The translations under genes and the position numbers were made by a program. Below the pieces are notes generated by a model that had not been told where the DNA came from, did not search any database, and saw nothing but the letters and a program-made list of their open reading frames with translations. Positions 1 to 10,090 of a DNA stretch of 64,000 bases are shown piece by piece. Position 1 is the stretch's first letter. The number at the start of each line of letters is the position of its first letter. Source of the DNA: a virus; the IMG/VR virus record IMGVR_UViG_3300005337_000002. One strand, given 5' to 3'.

Positions 1-314
1 TCGGCACCGTCGAGACCCACGATTCCGCCAAGATCGCCAAGGTCTTTCTGACGGCGCTCGCGCAAGAAGCGTCCTCGGCGTTTGGCCTGGCGCGGGCGAG
101 TGTCATTGTCGCCCCAACGAGTGGCGGCGGGCAACAGCCCTTTCAGGGCACCCAAACCCTGTTGCAACAGATCGGGAGCTTCTGGCTGGAACAGGCGAAG
201 AATCTCTTGCCGACGCTCTGGGTGCCGAGCACGACGCCCGGGTGGGTCGTGCTGCAAGAAGGCTTGCCGCTGGAGGATTTCCCCACGTATGTCACCCTCA
301 CCGGAGGACGCTAA
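1..314 (+). CDS. traB: TraB/VirB10-like conjugation core protein, C-terminal fragment (5' truncated)
   Basis: Frame 3 open from window start: ...QQIGSFWLEQAKNLLPTLWVPSTTPGWVVLQEG...*, resembling the TraB C-terminus; stop overlaps the next ATG (TAATG). Confidence 0.6.
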   Translation, partial: GTVETHDSAKIAKVFLTALAQEASSAFGLARASVIVAPTSGGGQQPFQGTQTLLQQIGSFWLEQAKNLLPTLWVPSTTPGWVVLQEGLPLEDFPTYVTLTGGR

Positions 315-802
315 TGGTTGGCCGTCTTATTGCGCTCAGTCTGCTCAGCCTGTTTCCGCTAGCCTGCACCAGTGTCTTGCAAGGCGAACCCGTCGACCTG
401 GCTGTGGTCGCCACGCCGACGCCGCCCGCGCCCGCCGTACTCCCTCCGCCCACGCTTGCGCCTGGTCCCACGCCGCCTGCTGGCAGCTTTCGTGCCTGGG
501 TGCCGCGGGAAGTCACAGCGAATGGCGATGTGATCGACGGACACTATCTCCTTGTCAGTACCGCTCCACCCCCTGCGGAACGCCTCGAACCGCCCGTGCC
601 AATGCCCCGCATTCCGAAACCCACGCGGGCCAAGCCGAAGCCGCAACCCAAGCCTACCACGCAACCACCGTCCCCCACAGAGTCGATGCCGGGGCCGGTG
701 CGCCCGGAGGGCCAGCCGCCGCTCCCCTTTGTGTGGGGGGATCGGGCGCAGTTGCCGCCTGGCGTGCTCGTGCCAGTGCCCCATCTTGACGGAGGACGCT
801 AG
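314..802 (+). CDS. traV: TraV-like T4SS lipoprotein
   Basis: Lipobox FPLAC; motif FRAWVPREVTANGDVIDGHYLLV like TraV; Pro-rich; GGAGG RBS. Confidence 0.65.
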   Translation: MVGRLIALSLLSLFPLACTSVLQGEPVDLAVVATPTPPAPAVLPPPTLAPGPTPPAGSFRAWVPREVTANGDVIDGHYLLVSTAPPPAERLEPPVPMPRIPKPTRAKPKPQPKPTTQPPSPTESMPGPVRPEGQPPLPFVWGDRAQLPPGVLVPVPHLDGGR

Positions 803-806
803 CCCG

Positions 807-3386
807 ATGGTCGGCTTTCTGCATGCAGACCCCTATGCCATGCCGCCCTTTGCGCGGTTGTTACCGCACGGGTTGATCCTCAACCAGGCGGCCGGCATTG
901 GCCTGCTCTCCACGCCGATGCCCCGCTGGAAACGCCCGAGTCTCGCCCTGGGCTGTGCTTGGGATGTCGTGCCGCGCAATATCGATGTCTGTGATGAGTC
1001 GGTCTGTCTCGACATGGCTCGGCTGCATGAAGGGCTTCTTAAAACATTGCCAGTCGGGGCAGCGCTCCAAGTCCTGATGACCATCCTTCCCGCGACGAGC
1101 ATGCCCGCCTGGGAAGCCCTGCGCCGGGAGTGTCGCACTGACGCCGTGGTGCAAGCGCAGTGTGCGGCCATGCAGCAGGGACTCCCCTATCGCGAGGGCC
1201 CCACAATGGGCGGGCTACGGACGGTGCTTACCACGGTCACGGTGCGGCTGCCGATTGCCCATATCCATCCGGCCATTGCGCCGCTCCTCAAGACGGTGCA
1301 GCGCCTTTCTATGGCGCATCGTCCCTCGCTGGCTGATACGCTCACGTCAGCCTTTGCTGAGACCCTGACGCAGCTTGACGGTCTGCGCCGGGCCAGCGCG
1401 GAAACGCTCCAGGCCGCCGGCCATGCCGTGCACGTGCTGTCTGGCATGGATCTTGGGCAGCGCCTCGCGCTGTTGCTGGATCCCTTTGCCCCCGGCACGC
1501 CCGCGTTGCAGGCGGATGAACCCCTCCGCACGCAGGTCCTCACGCGCCCCATGACACAGATCGCGGGTGGCATCCAGGTTGGTGAGGCTACCGTGGCCCA
1601 GGTTCTGTCACTCCAGCGTGCCCCGGCGCATACGTATCCCGGCATCCTCTGTGCCCCGCGTGTGCCTGCCCAGCAACCCGCCATACCAACGGTCGAACCG
1701 CTTGCCCTCTGGCAGGCGCATCCTGGTCCGTTGACCCTCGCGGTGCAGGTGGCCGTCGTGGATTCCGAGGCTGAGAAAAGTCGCCTCAAGCTCAAGCGCA
1801 TGCTGGCAGGCTTGCATGGGAAGGGGAGCGTCGAGAATGCGGCCCTCAAGAAACAGTTAGACAGTCTTCTTGAAACCTTTTTCTTGACCGGTGGCGAGTT
1901 ACACTGGGGGCGGGTCCATGTTGTCGCGTGGGGCACGCCCGCCATCGTCGCCCGCAGCCTGGAAGAAGTGCAGCGCCGGGGGCGCAAGTTGGGACTGGAA
2001 CTACTCGCCGAGACGGGCGCACTTGGCAGTACCTTGTTGCTCCAAACACTCCCGCTGGGGTTTGACCCGGCCTGGCCCGCCGAGCGGGTCATTCAGCGTG
2101 CGCGCCGCCTCCCTGGTGCCCAACTTGCCCATCTGCTGCCACTCTATGGGAGCTTTCACGGCACCGAGACCCCAGTGGTCGCGTATACGAATCAGCGCGG
2201 CGAGGCGGTCGGGGTGCATGTCTTCGATAGTGCGACGAATCCCCATATGATCTGGACGGGGACGAGTGGCGCAGGCAAAACGTTTGGCGTCGCGCATTTT
2301 GCGAATCAGGTCTTGCCGCTTGGCGGGAGCATGGTCATTCTTGATCCACTGGCAAACTACCGGGAACTCTGTGCGGTCCATGGGGGCACCTATGTCAAGC
2401 TGGACTTCAATCACCCGCTGGCCCTCAATCCCTTTGCTGGGGCCCTCGACAATGCCCATGCCGCCTTTCTCACCGCCTCGCTGGCCGAAATGGCCAGTGG
2501 CGGGATTGAGCGGCTGACTTGGGAAGCCTTTAGCGTGTTAGCCACGGCCGTCAGTCACTTGTGTCTGACCTGGGACCGCCAGCGGGGGGAACCGACACTC
2601 GGGCGCTTTGTCGAGGAGGTGCTCCAGGACGGCGGCTTTAGTCCGAAGGATCGCCATGCCCAGCGACTGGCCCAGCAGATTGCGCGCAAACTGAGTCTCT
2701 ACTACGGCACGGGCCAGTACGCCGGGTTTATCGACGGCCCGAATCAGTTTCATGTCGATCCGAAGCTGACCGTGATTGAGTTGTCCCAACTGAGTAAAAC
2801 CTCCGATCTGCAAGCCGTGCTCTTCTTTGCGCTGTTCCATCTTGTGACGCAGTTCTTTGAAGATCCGGTGCGCTTCTATCAGTGGAAATTTATCGTGGCG
2901 GATGAAACGTGGGCGCTCCTCAAGCATGCCCAGACCGCGGATGTGATTGAGAAGATCATTCGGACCTACCGGAACATCAAAACGAGCGCCATCTTTCTCT
3001 CCCAGCGCGTCGAGGATTTTGACTCCCCGGTGGGGAAGGTGATCTTGGGCCTCGTCGATACGACGCTGTTTCTGCAGCCGCAAGAGGGCGAGCTGCCGAA
3101 GATTCAGCGCCTCTTTCAACTGACGGACGCCGAATGCCAGTTGGTGCGGCAGGTGCGCAAGCATGCCGGCTGGAGTAGTGCCTATCTGCGGCTTGCCAAC
3201 GGGCACGGCGGGATGGTGCGGCTTATCCCGGATCGTTTTCTCCAACTCCAGCAAAGCCAGGACAGTGCGATTGCGCAGCGCCGCACCCAGGCCATTGCCG
3301 AGGCCCGGGGCAATGTGCGCGCGGCGATTGCGGCCATGCTTCAGGAAGAGGCCGCTTCGACGTCTGCTCCCTCAACACTTCTATGA
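807..3386 (+). CDS. traC: VirB4/TraC family conjugative ATPase
   Basis: Walker A GTSGAGKT, Walker B IVADETW, RTYRNIK..SQ motif, ~860 aa; start moved to ATG 807 after GGAGG. Confidence 0.9.
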   Translation: MVGFLHADPYAMPPFARLLPHGLILNQAAGIGLLSTPMPRWKRPSLALGCAWDVVPRNIDVCDESVCLDMARLHEGLLKTLPVGAALQVLMTILPATSMPAWEALRRECRTDAVVQAQCAAMQQGLPYREGPTMGGLRTVLTTVTVRLPIAHIHPAIAPLLKTVQRLSMAHRPSLADTLTSAFAETLTQLDGLRRASAETLQAAGHAVHVLSGMDLGQRLALLLDPFAPGTPALQADEPLRTQVLTRPMTQIAGGIQVGEATVAQVLSLQRAPAHTYPGILCAPRVPAQQPAIPTVEPLALWQAHPGPLTLAVQVAVVDSEAEKSRLKLKRMLAGLHGKGSVENAALKKQLDSLLETFFLTGGELHWGRVHVVAWGTPAIVARSLEEVQRRGRKLGLELLAETGALGSTLLLQTLPLGFDPAWPAERVIQRARRLPGAQLAHLLPLYGSFHGTETPVVAYTNQRGEAVGVHVFDSATNPHMIWTGTSGAGKTFGVAHFANQVLPLGGSMVILDPLANYRELCAVHGGTYVKLDFNHPLALNPFAGALDNAHAAFLTASLAEMASGGIERLTWEAFSVLATAVSHLCLTWDRQRGEPTLGRFVEEVLQDGGFSPKDRHAQRLAQQIARKLSLYYGTGQYAGFIDGPNQFHVDPKLTVIELSQLSKTSDLQAVLFFALFHLVTQFFEDPVRFYQWKFIVADETWALLKHAQTADVIEKIIRTYRNIKTSAIFLSQRVEDFDSPVGKVILGLVDTTLFLQPQEGELPKIQRLFQLTDAECQLVRQVRKHAGWSSAYLRLANGHGGMVRLIPDRFLQLQQSQDSAIAQRRTQAIAEARGNVRAAIAAMLQEEAASTSAPSTLL

Positions 3387-3400
3387 GACAGTGAGGTACT

Positions 3401-3601
3401 ATGGCCGCGATTAGCGGGATTCCCACGCGGGCGTTAGCAGAGGCGATTCGGAATCTTCTTGTGGAGCATGGGTATCATCATAGCCTCCGCATCCGGTATC
3501 GCGCGGATCTCCAACTCTGGACGGTGTATGGCTTTGAGTATCGCGGCAAAGATCCTCGCATCAAAGGGTGGGACCGTCGCATGCAAGAAGAGTTAGGGTA
3601 G
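3401..3601 (+). CDS. small hypothetical protein
   Basis: GAGG RBS; fills the gap in the operon. Confidence 0.45.
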   Translation: MAAISGIPTRALAEAIRNLLVEHGYHHSLRIRYRADLQLWTVYGFEYRGKDPRIKGWDRRMQEELG

Positions 3602-3609
3602 CGACGCCA

Positions 3610-4080
3610 ATGCATGATCCGCGCCCCGTCAAATTACTCGTACTGCTCTCGCTCCTGAGCCTGTGCTTGCTGGCCGTCTGGTGGGCGTGGCAGGATACGG
3701 GAACGCGGCAGACCATGCTCCTGGCTATCTGGCAGGCCGAGCAGCCGACGACGCTGCCCCCCTCGGCACTCCTGGACCAGGCCCAATGGCTGGTCCTGCA
3801 CCGCTGGGGACACCTGCAAGGGATGGCGCTCCTCCTCGCCACGGCGCTCCTCCTCGGCGTGTGTGAGGGTAGCTGGCATCGGGCGCGCGATCCGCTCGGC
3901 GGTTTTCGCCTGACGCGCTGGACAGTCGGGGTCCTCGGGCTGGCGCTCGGGGTGGGGGCGGTCGCGGGGTATCTGTGCGCCCCGGTGGTCTTGCCGCTGG
4001 GATGGTGTGCAGGGGGATTCGCGGGACTGCTAGGGCTGGTAGGGTTTGCGCTAGCGCACGGCAGGCCATACGTCAGCTAA
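3610..4080 (+). CDS. ICE membrane protein, DUF4400/PFL_4697-like
   Basis: Several TM segments with LLGVCEGSWHRAR..GG motif; tra-operon position. Confidence 0.55.
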   Translation: MHDPRPVKLLVLLSLLSLCLLAVWWAWQDTGTRQTMLLAIWQAEQPTTLPPSALLDQAQWLVLHRWGHLQGMALLLATALLLGVCEGSWHRARDPLGGFRLTRWTVGVLGLALGVGAVAGYLCAPVVLPLGWCAGGFAGLLGLVGFALAHGRPYVS

Positions 4081-4084
4081 ATGC

Positions 4085-4113
4085 TTGTAGTGTAAGGGGA
4101 AATCGTGTATACT
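4085..4113 (+). promoter_or_regulatory. sigma70-like promoter for the HNH gene, followed by a hairpin leader
   Basis: TTGTAG-N17-TATACT; downstream stem GTATCGGGCGGATG/CATCCACCCGGATAC and an RBS-occluding stem. Confidence 0.55.
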
Positions 4114-4193
4114 CGGCAGGTCTACAACGTATCGGGCGGATGGGGCGAATCATCCACCCGGATACTTAACGTTGGTCCTAACTAGGAGCACCA

Positions 4194-5093
4194 ATGTCTA
4201 CCGCTATTGTAGCACGTCGCTGCCCGCTCTGCATTAATGATCCTCGCGAGTTTCATGTAAGTTCAAAGCCCTATACAGAGGATTTAACTGGGCAATCATG
4301 TGAACGACTTTCCGTCAATCACTTCGTTGGCTCGAATCGTCATCGGCAAGCCTATTGGTGTTGCTCCTGCCTCTGTGGCGGATCGGCTGTCATCCTTGCG
4401 TATCGCTTCATTCATAAGAAAACACGCTCCTGCGGATGTCTTGTTAAAGAGAATGTCAACGCTGGGCAATTTCAGTCAACGCACGGCATGACCGATACGC
4501 GCATTTTCAAGATATGGAGCGGCATGTTGACGCGATGCTATAACGAAAAGAGTCTTGATTATCCGCGCTATGGGGGTCGTGGGATTACGGTGTGTGAACG
4601 CTGGCGCACCTCCTTTGCCGCGTTCTATGCAGACGTCGGCGATCCGCCTGATGGGATGACAATGGATCGCAAGGACAATATGCGTGGCTATGAACCTGAC
4701 AATATCAAATGGAGTACACCGCTGGAGCAAAGTAATAATAAGCGGAACAACGTCTATCTCGACTATAACGGTGAACGTCATACGATCGCTGAGTGGTCAC
4801 GGCTCATCGGTATTTCCGCTATAACCTTATATGCCAGGAAAGAGCAAGGATGGTCTGATGAAGCTATCCTCACGTCTCCGCTTCGACCTTGTCGCCCACG
4901 AGGCAAGATTGTGCGCACGGGCATCACTCTCACGTTTGACGGAGAAACGCATACCGTTGCGGAATGGGCACAGAAGCTCGGTATGGGCGAAATGACCTTG
5001 CGTTCTCGTCTCAAACACGGGATGCCGCTCACCGAGGCATTAACGCGACCTGTCGCTCCCTATCGTGGAGCCCACCGCCAGAAAGGGCACTAA
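4194..5093 (+). CDS. HNH homing-endonuclease-like protein with two C-terminal HTH repeats
   Basis: SCGC, HGMT..W..M..RC, YGGRGITVCERW, DRKDN..GYEPDNIKW..EQSNN; two copies of GE.HT.AEW. Confidence 0.85.
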   Translation: MSTAIVARRCPLCINDPREFHVSSKPYTEDLTGQSCERLSVNHFVGSNRHRQAYWCCSCLCGGSAVILAYRFIHKKTRSCGCLVKENVNAGQFQSTHGMTDTRIFKIWSGMLTRCYNEKSLDYPRYGGRGITVCERWRTSFAAFYADVGDPPDGMTMDRKDNMRGYEPDNIKWSTPLEQSNNKRNNVYLDYNGERHTIAEWSRLIGISAITLYARKEQGWSDEAILTSPLRPCRPRGKIVRTGITLTFDGETHTVAEWAQKLGMGEMTLRSRLKHGMPLTEALTRPVAPYRGAHRQKGH

Positions 5094-5094
5094 C

Positions 5095-6357
5095 ATGACG
5101 GGGTTCTCACCATACAGCGTTGTTCTTGTGAGTGCCATAATGCTTGCACTGCCAATGTCCGTCGCTGCAGATCTCTGGGATACAGCGCGACGGTCGATAA
5201 AAACGGATACGTATGACACTTCGGGCTACGGTATGCGAGGTGGGGTGAATCTCTCGACCGGCACACAGCCAAGTAGTACGACATTATTCCGTGCCACAGG
5301 GCATGTCGGCGGGACGTGTGGCGCGTTCGATTTTGCTGGCAGTCTCAAGGAGGGACTTGAGCAAATTCCTGCGATGATCGAGGGGCTCAGTCAGCAATTA
5401 TTGACTAATATGCCCATGCTTATTCTTTGTTGGGCTAGTCCTACTAGTTGTGACCTCGCGAAGCACTTCCAGGGGCTCGTGTCTGCGGCGATCAATGCCC
5501 GCTATGCCAGTTGTCAGTCCAGTCAGAATGCCGCGATGTATGCGGGGTTACGCTTGCGCGCGGGCGAGGTCTCGCGCTGCTTAGAGGAGCATGCCAATGC
5601 TGGGGATACCATCTCCGAAGCCCTGCGCACCTGCAACAGCGATCCGTCTGACCTACGCGCCCCCGATGGCTCCCGCCGGGTCGAGGTCAATCTGGTCAAG
5701 GATACCCTCGCTGCAGCCGGCGCCAGTACCGAGACGCAAACCCTCGCCCGTGGCTTGCTTGGCGAAGTCACCTTGCGCGCGGGCCAGGGCTATAATGTCG
5801 ACTATAGCCATCCCCAAGCGGCCCTCATGAGCCGCTACGAGAGCCATAAGGCGGATGCCGATGCGGCCCTGCGCCAGGCGGTGACGGAACTGCAACAGAC
5901 GGGGGCTATCTCACCCCAGACGCTCCAAGACGCCTCTGTCCCCGGTCAGTCCCTCCCGCGCGCGGCCCTCGATGCCCTCGTGACGCTCCAGGCCGACCCG
6001 GTGCGCTACGAAGCGCTCCTCGGCAAGCTCAGCACCGGCATGGCCCTGACACGGCTCACGTGGGACTGTAGCGAGTTGCAAGAGACGCTGATGGCCGCCG
6101 CCCAGGGCAACGCGCACCTCAGTGACGAAGAGCGCCGGGTGCTGGAGCAGAAGTATCAGTCCGTGCAGCGAGCATTGGCGCAACTCATGGCGAAAACGGA
6201 GGTGCTGGAGAAGAGCTATCAACCGGCGGTCGATGCCCTCTTGCGGGAATACACGGCCACGCAAGAGCAGGCCATCCGCCTCGGCATCACCGCCCCGACA
6301 CTCACCACGCCGCCCATGCCCTTTCGCGGGGCAGGGCCAGCGGGCTATGGAAGGTAG
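5095..6357 (+). CDS. TraH-like / PFL_4711-type ICE periplasmic protein
   Basis: Signal peptide, TCGAFD and WASPTSCDL motifs, Cys pairs; precedes traG_N. Confidence 0.65.
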   Translation: MTGFSPYSVVLVSAIMLALPMSVAADLWDTARRSIKTDTYDTSGYGMRGGVNLSTGTQPSSTTLFRATGHVGGTCGAFDFAGSLKEGLEQIPAMIEGLSQQLLTNMPMLILCWASPTSCDLAKHFQGLVSAAINARYASCQSSQNAAMYAGLRLRAGEVSRCLEEHANAGDTISEALRTCNSDPSDLRAPDGSRRVEVNLVKDTLAAAGASTETQTLARGLLGEVTLRAGQGYNVDYSHPQAALMSRYESHKADADAALRQAVTELQQTGAISPQTLQDASVPGQSLPRAALDALVTLQADPVRYEALLGKLSTGMALTRLTWDCSELQETLMAAAQGNAHLSDEERRVLEQKYQSVQRALAQLMAKTEVLEKSYQPAVDALLREYTATQEQAIRLGITAPTLTTPPMPFRGAGPAGYGR

Positions 6358-6362
6358 TCACT

Positions 6363-7859
6363 ATGGATTTTCTGGTGTTGTCGCTCCCGGAGGCCGCATT
6401 TTTGTACACTGGGATTGCCCTGCAGGCCATGCTGCGCTCGTCAAAACTTATCGCCCTTGTCTATGCGATCATCACGATCTCGGTCTTCGTGCTCCTGTGG
6501 CGCGGCCTCGGCTCGGTCTGGTTCTGGAAGCCGGTGGCGGGCTATCTCGGTACGACGGGCCTGATCCTGGTGCTCTTTTGGCCGGAAGCGCTGCGGTTTG
6601 GGCATCTGTCGGCCCGCGCCACCGATGCCACCCAGATTGCGTCCTATGCGGCGAGTCAGGACCCCGACGCCGAAGTCGTGACGGCGGCGGAGACGCAACT
6701 GGTCCTGCCCGCGCTCCAAGACCCGGTGCTCGTCCCTGTGGGTTTTCGCCTGCTCTTGCGGATGACGACGGGGCTCTCCCTCACCATCGGGCGCATCCTG
6801 AATGACCAGGAACATCGCACGTTTGGCATCTTGACATCGATGGGGTGGCTGCTCGGCGTTGAACTCACCGCGCCCGTCAGTAACGCGATTCAGGACTGGA
6901 CTCTTAACTGTTTTACCCCCATCTGGACCACGACACTGGAAGCCCAGCAAGCCGTGACCGCGCACGATCTCTTGCCGTGGGATAACTCCCCTGTCGCGCA
7001 AGCGCTGAATACGCGCGAGGTGCGCCCTGGGGCACAGAGCGGGATTACGTGGCTGCAAGGCAGTACGCCGACTGCCACGGTGAAATGCGATACCTATCTG
7101 GCGGCGGTTGAAAGTGACACGCAAGCCTGGCTACGACAACTGAAGAGCCCGCGGGGGACCCCGCTGCTCCAAGTGTTTGAGGAAGACCTGGGGCTGACCC
7201 CGATCCAGCAAGCGCGCTTTCTGCTCTACCGCGAGATCCTGCGGACCATGCAGGGCCCCGTCCCGGCACCCAGCCTGCTGGGCACCTACGCCGCGATTCG
7301 GGGAGCAGGCATTGCCGGCAGGGCACTGGATCAAGGCAGCTTCACGGGCATCGTGGGGCTCCTCAGCGGCACCTTCTCCTGGGCGAAGACGCTCTTTGCC
7401 GCCGGGCGGGGGGCGGGCGCGGGGGTGAGTGCGGAATTTCAGCGCACGGTGGAGGGCTTGAGTCACTACGTCGGCTTTGCGGTGCTGCTGACGTGGGTCG
7501 CGCCCTACGTGCTCGGCATCGCGAATCTGGTGCTCGTGGGGCTGTTTCCGCTGCTGCTGCTCTTTCTGCTCATCCCCGGGCATCAACTGGAAGGGTTGCT
7601 CCTCTATGTCGCCATCTTGCTCTTTACGACGGCGGCCCCGCTGTGCTATGCCCTGGTCGATGTGTCGCAGCGGCTCGCGGGCAGTCTCGCACCCCAGTCC
7701 ACGGATGCGGTCTTTGGGGGCTTGAGCAATGGCGCGACGGCCTTTGTCTGGAGTACGATGGCGACGATTGTGGGCCTGCTCGTCATTCCCGTCACGCTCG
7801 CGTGGCTCTTGTTTAAGACGTTTCGGGCGGCCAGCAGTCTGTGGCGCCCTAGCATCTAG
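6363..7859 (+). CDS. traG: TraG N-terminal domain (VirB6-like) membrane protein
   Basis: N- and C-terminal TM clusters, periplasmic Cys pair, PY..G..L...FP motif. Confidence 0.7.
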   Translation: MDFLVLSLPEAAFLYTGIALQAMLRSSKLIALVYAIITISVFVLLWRGLGSVWFWKPVAGYLGTTGLILVLFWPEALRFGHLSARATDATQIASYAASQDPDAEVVTAAETQLVLPALQDPVLVPVGFRLLLRMTTGLSLTIGRILNDQEHRTFGILTSMGWLLGVELTAPVSNAIQDWTLNCFTPIWTTTLEAQQAVTAHDLLPWDNSPVAQALNTREVRPGAQSGITWLQGSTPTATVKCDTYLAAVESDTQAWLRQLKSPRGTPLLQVFEEDLGLTPIQQARFLLYREILRTMQGPVPAPSLLGTYAAIRGAGIAGRALDQGSFTGIVGLLSGTFSWAKTLFAAGRGAGAGVSAEFQRTVEGLSHYVGFAVLLTWVAPYVLGIANLVLVGLFPLLLLFLLIPGHQLEGLLLYVAILLFTTAAPLCYALVDVSQRLAGSLAPQSTDAVFGGLSNGATAFVWSTMATIVGLLVIPVTLAWLLFKTFRAASSLWRPSI

Positions 7860-7873
7860 CGGAGGAGAGCGTC

Positions 7874-8608
7874 ATGGCCTTTGAGGAAGTAATTTTTGGA
7901 CAGTGCCGACTGATACGCGGGGATTGCTATGTCCTGCTTGCCGACATACAGGCCGATGCACTGATTACCGATCCGCCCTATGGGATGGCCTTCAATTTTC
8001 GGCAGGTAACGTCCCCTGACCTTCGGCGCAAGAGTCACCCCCCCCATGGACGCCATAGCTACAGTGCTGGTCGGGCATGGCAGGACAATATCCACGGCGA
8101 TGCATCCCCGTTCGATCCCACACCCTTCTTGTGGTTTCCACAGATCATTTTATGGGGTGCGCACCATTATAGTGCTGCCTTGCCGTCGAGCCCAAGCTGG
8201 CTCCTCTGGGACAAGCGTGTGGGAACCGCCTCAGATCATCATGGGGATGCGGATATGGCATGGACCAATCTTGGCGGCTGTATTCGCGTCCACCGGCAAC
8301 TCTGGCGAGGGCTCATTCGGGCAGGTGAGGAAAATGGGAGTCGTGACGGCAAGCAGCATCCAGGACAAAAACCGTTAGCCCTTATGCGGTGGTGTGTCGA
8401 AAAAACACGAGGGATAGTCTTTGATCCCTTTGCCGGATCGTTCACCACGGCTCTCGCATGTTTCCAACTGGGACGACCCTGCATTGCTATCGAAATTGAC
8501 CCTTATTATTTTGACATAGGCTGCCGTCGTCTCGAAGCCGCCTACGCCCAGCTAGGGTTGTTTCTTCCGCAACCCATCGTACATCCCACGCAAGCAACCT
8601 TATTCTAA
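7874..8608 (+). CDS. DNA N6A/N4C methyltransferase, beta class (orphan)
   Basis: ITDPPY, HPGQKP and DPFAGS motifs. Confidence 0.9.
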   Translation: MAFEEVIFGQCRLIRGDCYVLLADIQADALITDPPYGMAFNFRQVTSPDLRRKSHPPHGRHSYSAGRAWQDNIHGDASPFDPTPFLWFPQIILWGAHHYSAALPSSPSWLLWDKRVGTASDHHGDADMAWTNLGGCIRVHRQLWRGLIRAGEENGSRDGKQHPGQKPLALMRWCVEKTRGIVFDPFAGSFTTALACFQLGRPCIAIEIDPYYFDIGCRRLEAAYAQLGLFLPQPIVHPTQATLF

Positions 8609-8620
8609 AGGAGATGCTCG

Positions 8621-8800
8621 ATGTGGCAATTCTGTGTGCTTCTGTTTCTGCTCGCCGGGCTCGTGGCCCTGCTCCCCAATCTCTGCCTGCTCGGGATGTT
8701 CCAGGGCTGTCGTGCCTGCCATAGTCTCATGCGGCGCGGGGCGACGAAGTGCCCCCACTGTCATACGCCGTATCGCACACCTGCCAAGGTGGCCGCATGA
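8621..8800 (+). CDS. small membrane protein with zinc ribbon (not in ORF track)
   Basis: AGGAG RBS; MWQFCVLLFLLAGLVALL...CRAC..CPHC; ATGA overlap with traU. Confidence 0.55.
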   Translation: MWQFCVLLFLLAGLVALLPNLCLLGMFQGCRACHSLMRRGATKCPHCHTPYRTPAKVAA

Positions 8801-10074
8801 GGGGTCTCCTGCTCGCCTGCCTGCTCTTCCCTACCTCGACTCTTGCGGGGTCGTTCATTCTCAGCTGGGACACTCCGCTGGACTGGCAACCGCGCGTGCA
8901 GTATCGGCTCCAGATCGTCACAACCCAGGCCGGGCGGGCGGTCCAACAGACCCAGACCCTTGCCGCCTTCCCGGCAGGCCAGTGCGCCCAGTGGCCGGAT
9001 GCCCAGCGGACGCCAGAGAGTCTCTGTAGCGAGGTGTGCCTTGAACCAGGGGATTACTCACTCACGCTCCAAGCCGCGACAGATCTGGCGAGTGACTGGT
9101 CAAACGTGCTCGATGTCGATCTGACGAGTACCGGCCCGTGTCATCCCGTGCCGGTCGTGCCGGTGCCCCCCCAAGCCAAGAAACCGATCCCCATCCCGCT
9201 CGTGCCCATCCCACTCCCGACAGCGCCCGCACCGTCAGCGCCGACTCTGACGTCGCTGCTCAATATGGGCTGCGTGAGTTGGAAAGTGACGGGCGTATGC
9301 ATGTGTAACCCCACCACGCCCTGCCTCACATTAGAATATTGGGAACCCCGCTATGTGGTCGAGACGGTGAAATCCCCCGGGGATACGGTCGTTCCGCTCC
9401 TGGGCGATGTGTTGCGCGCCGTCCTCAGTACCACCGGCGCCCCAGCCATCGGCGGCGGCGGCAGCGCCAATGCGAGCGGCAGTGGGCACACGAACCTGTC
9501 GTACAATGAGACGCATATCTACAGCCTGCCCAACCTCTTCGGCGGTCCCTGTACCGCCTGTGCGCCCAGCGGCGGCTTTGGTCTGAACTACGCGAGTGAA
9601 CTGGATGCCCCCGGCTGGCGCATCGATGTATCCGTGCCAACCCCCTATGAGTTGCTCTTGCAGGTGGGGACCTGGGGACGGCTCTACCCACGGTCGGGCA
9701 AGGTCATTCATGGCTCGCCACCGGTCGCCAGCGCACTCACCGCCGTGCGGGCGCTCGACATTATACGCCAACCCATCGGCGTGCCGCCCAACGTCGATGC
9801 GCATGTCGTGACGCAACCCGGTGATGCCGGGACCCCCGCGTGCATGCAGATGGGCTATCCGCGCCAACTCCCCTGCTTCCCCGCGGGCACGCCGAATGCC
9901 CTCTGGGAAACGGGCACGGGGAGTCTGACGGGGCGGTACGCATGGACCATTTGGATCAAGCGGAGTTGCTGTACGAACCCTGCGACGTCGACCTGCGGCA
10001 TTGCGACCCCTGGAATAGGCGGCACCGGCCAGAACGTGTGTCTCTTGCCGCAACTCCCCAGCGTCTTACCTTAA
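8797..10074 (+). CDS. traU: TraU family protein with N-terminal FN3-like domain and Pro linker
   Basis: CVSWKVTGVCMC, EYWEP..VVE, WGRLYPRSG, YAWTIW...CC; signal peptide. Confidence 0.85.
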   Translation: MRGLLLACLLFPTSTLAGSFILSWDTPLDWQPRVQYRLQIVTTQAGRAVQQTQTLAAFPAGQCAQWPDAQRTPESLCSEVCLEPGDYSLTLQAATDLASDWSNVLDVDLTSTGPCHPVPVVPVPPQAKKPIPIPLVPIPLPTAPAPSAPTLTSLLNMGCVSWKVTGVCMCNPTTPCLTLEYWEPRYVVETVKSPGDTVVPLLGDVLRAVLSTTGAPAIGGGGSANASGSGHTNLSYNETHIYSLPNLFGGPCTACAPSGGFGLNYASELDAPGWRIDVSVPTPYELLLQVGTWGRLYPRSGKVIHGSPPVASALTAVRALDIIRQPIGVPPNVDAHVVTQPGDAGTPACMQMGYPRQLPCFPAGTPNALWETGTGSLTGRYAWTIWIKRSCCTNPATSTCGIATPGIGGTGQNVCLLPQLPSVLP

Positions 10075-10090
10075 CACGAAAGGACTGTCT

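Noticed and set aside
7874-8608. Restriction-modification system
   Set aside because: No adjacent restriction endonuclease; orphan MTase typical of mobile elements
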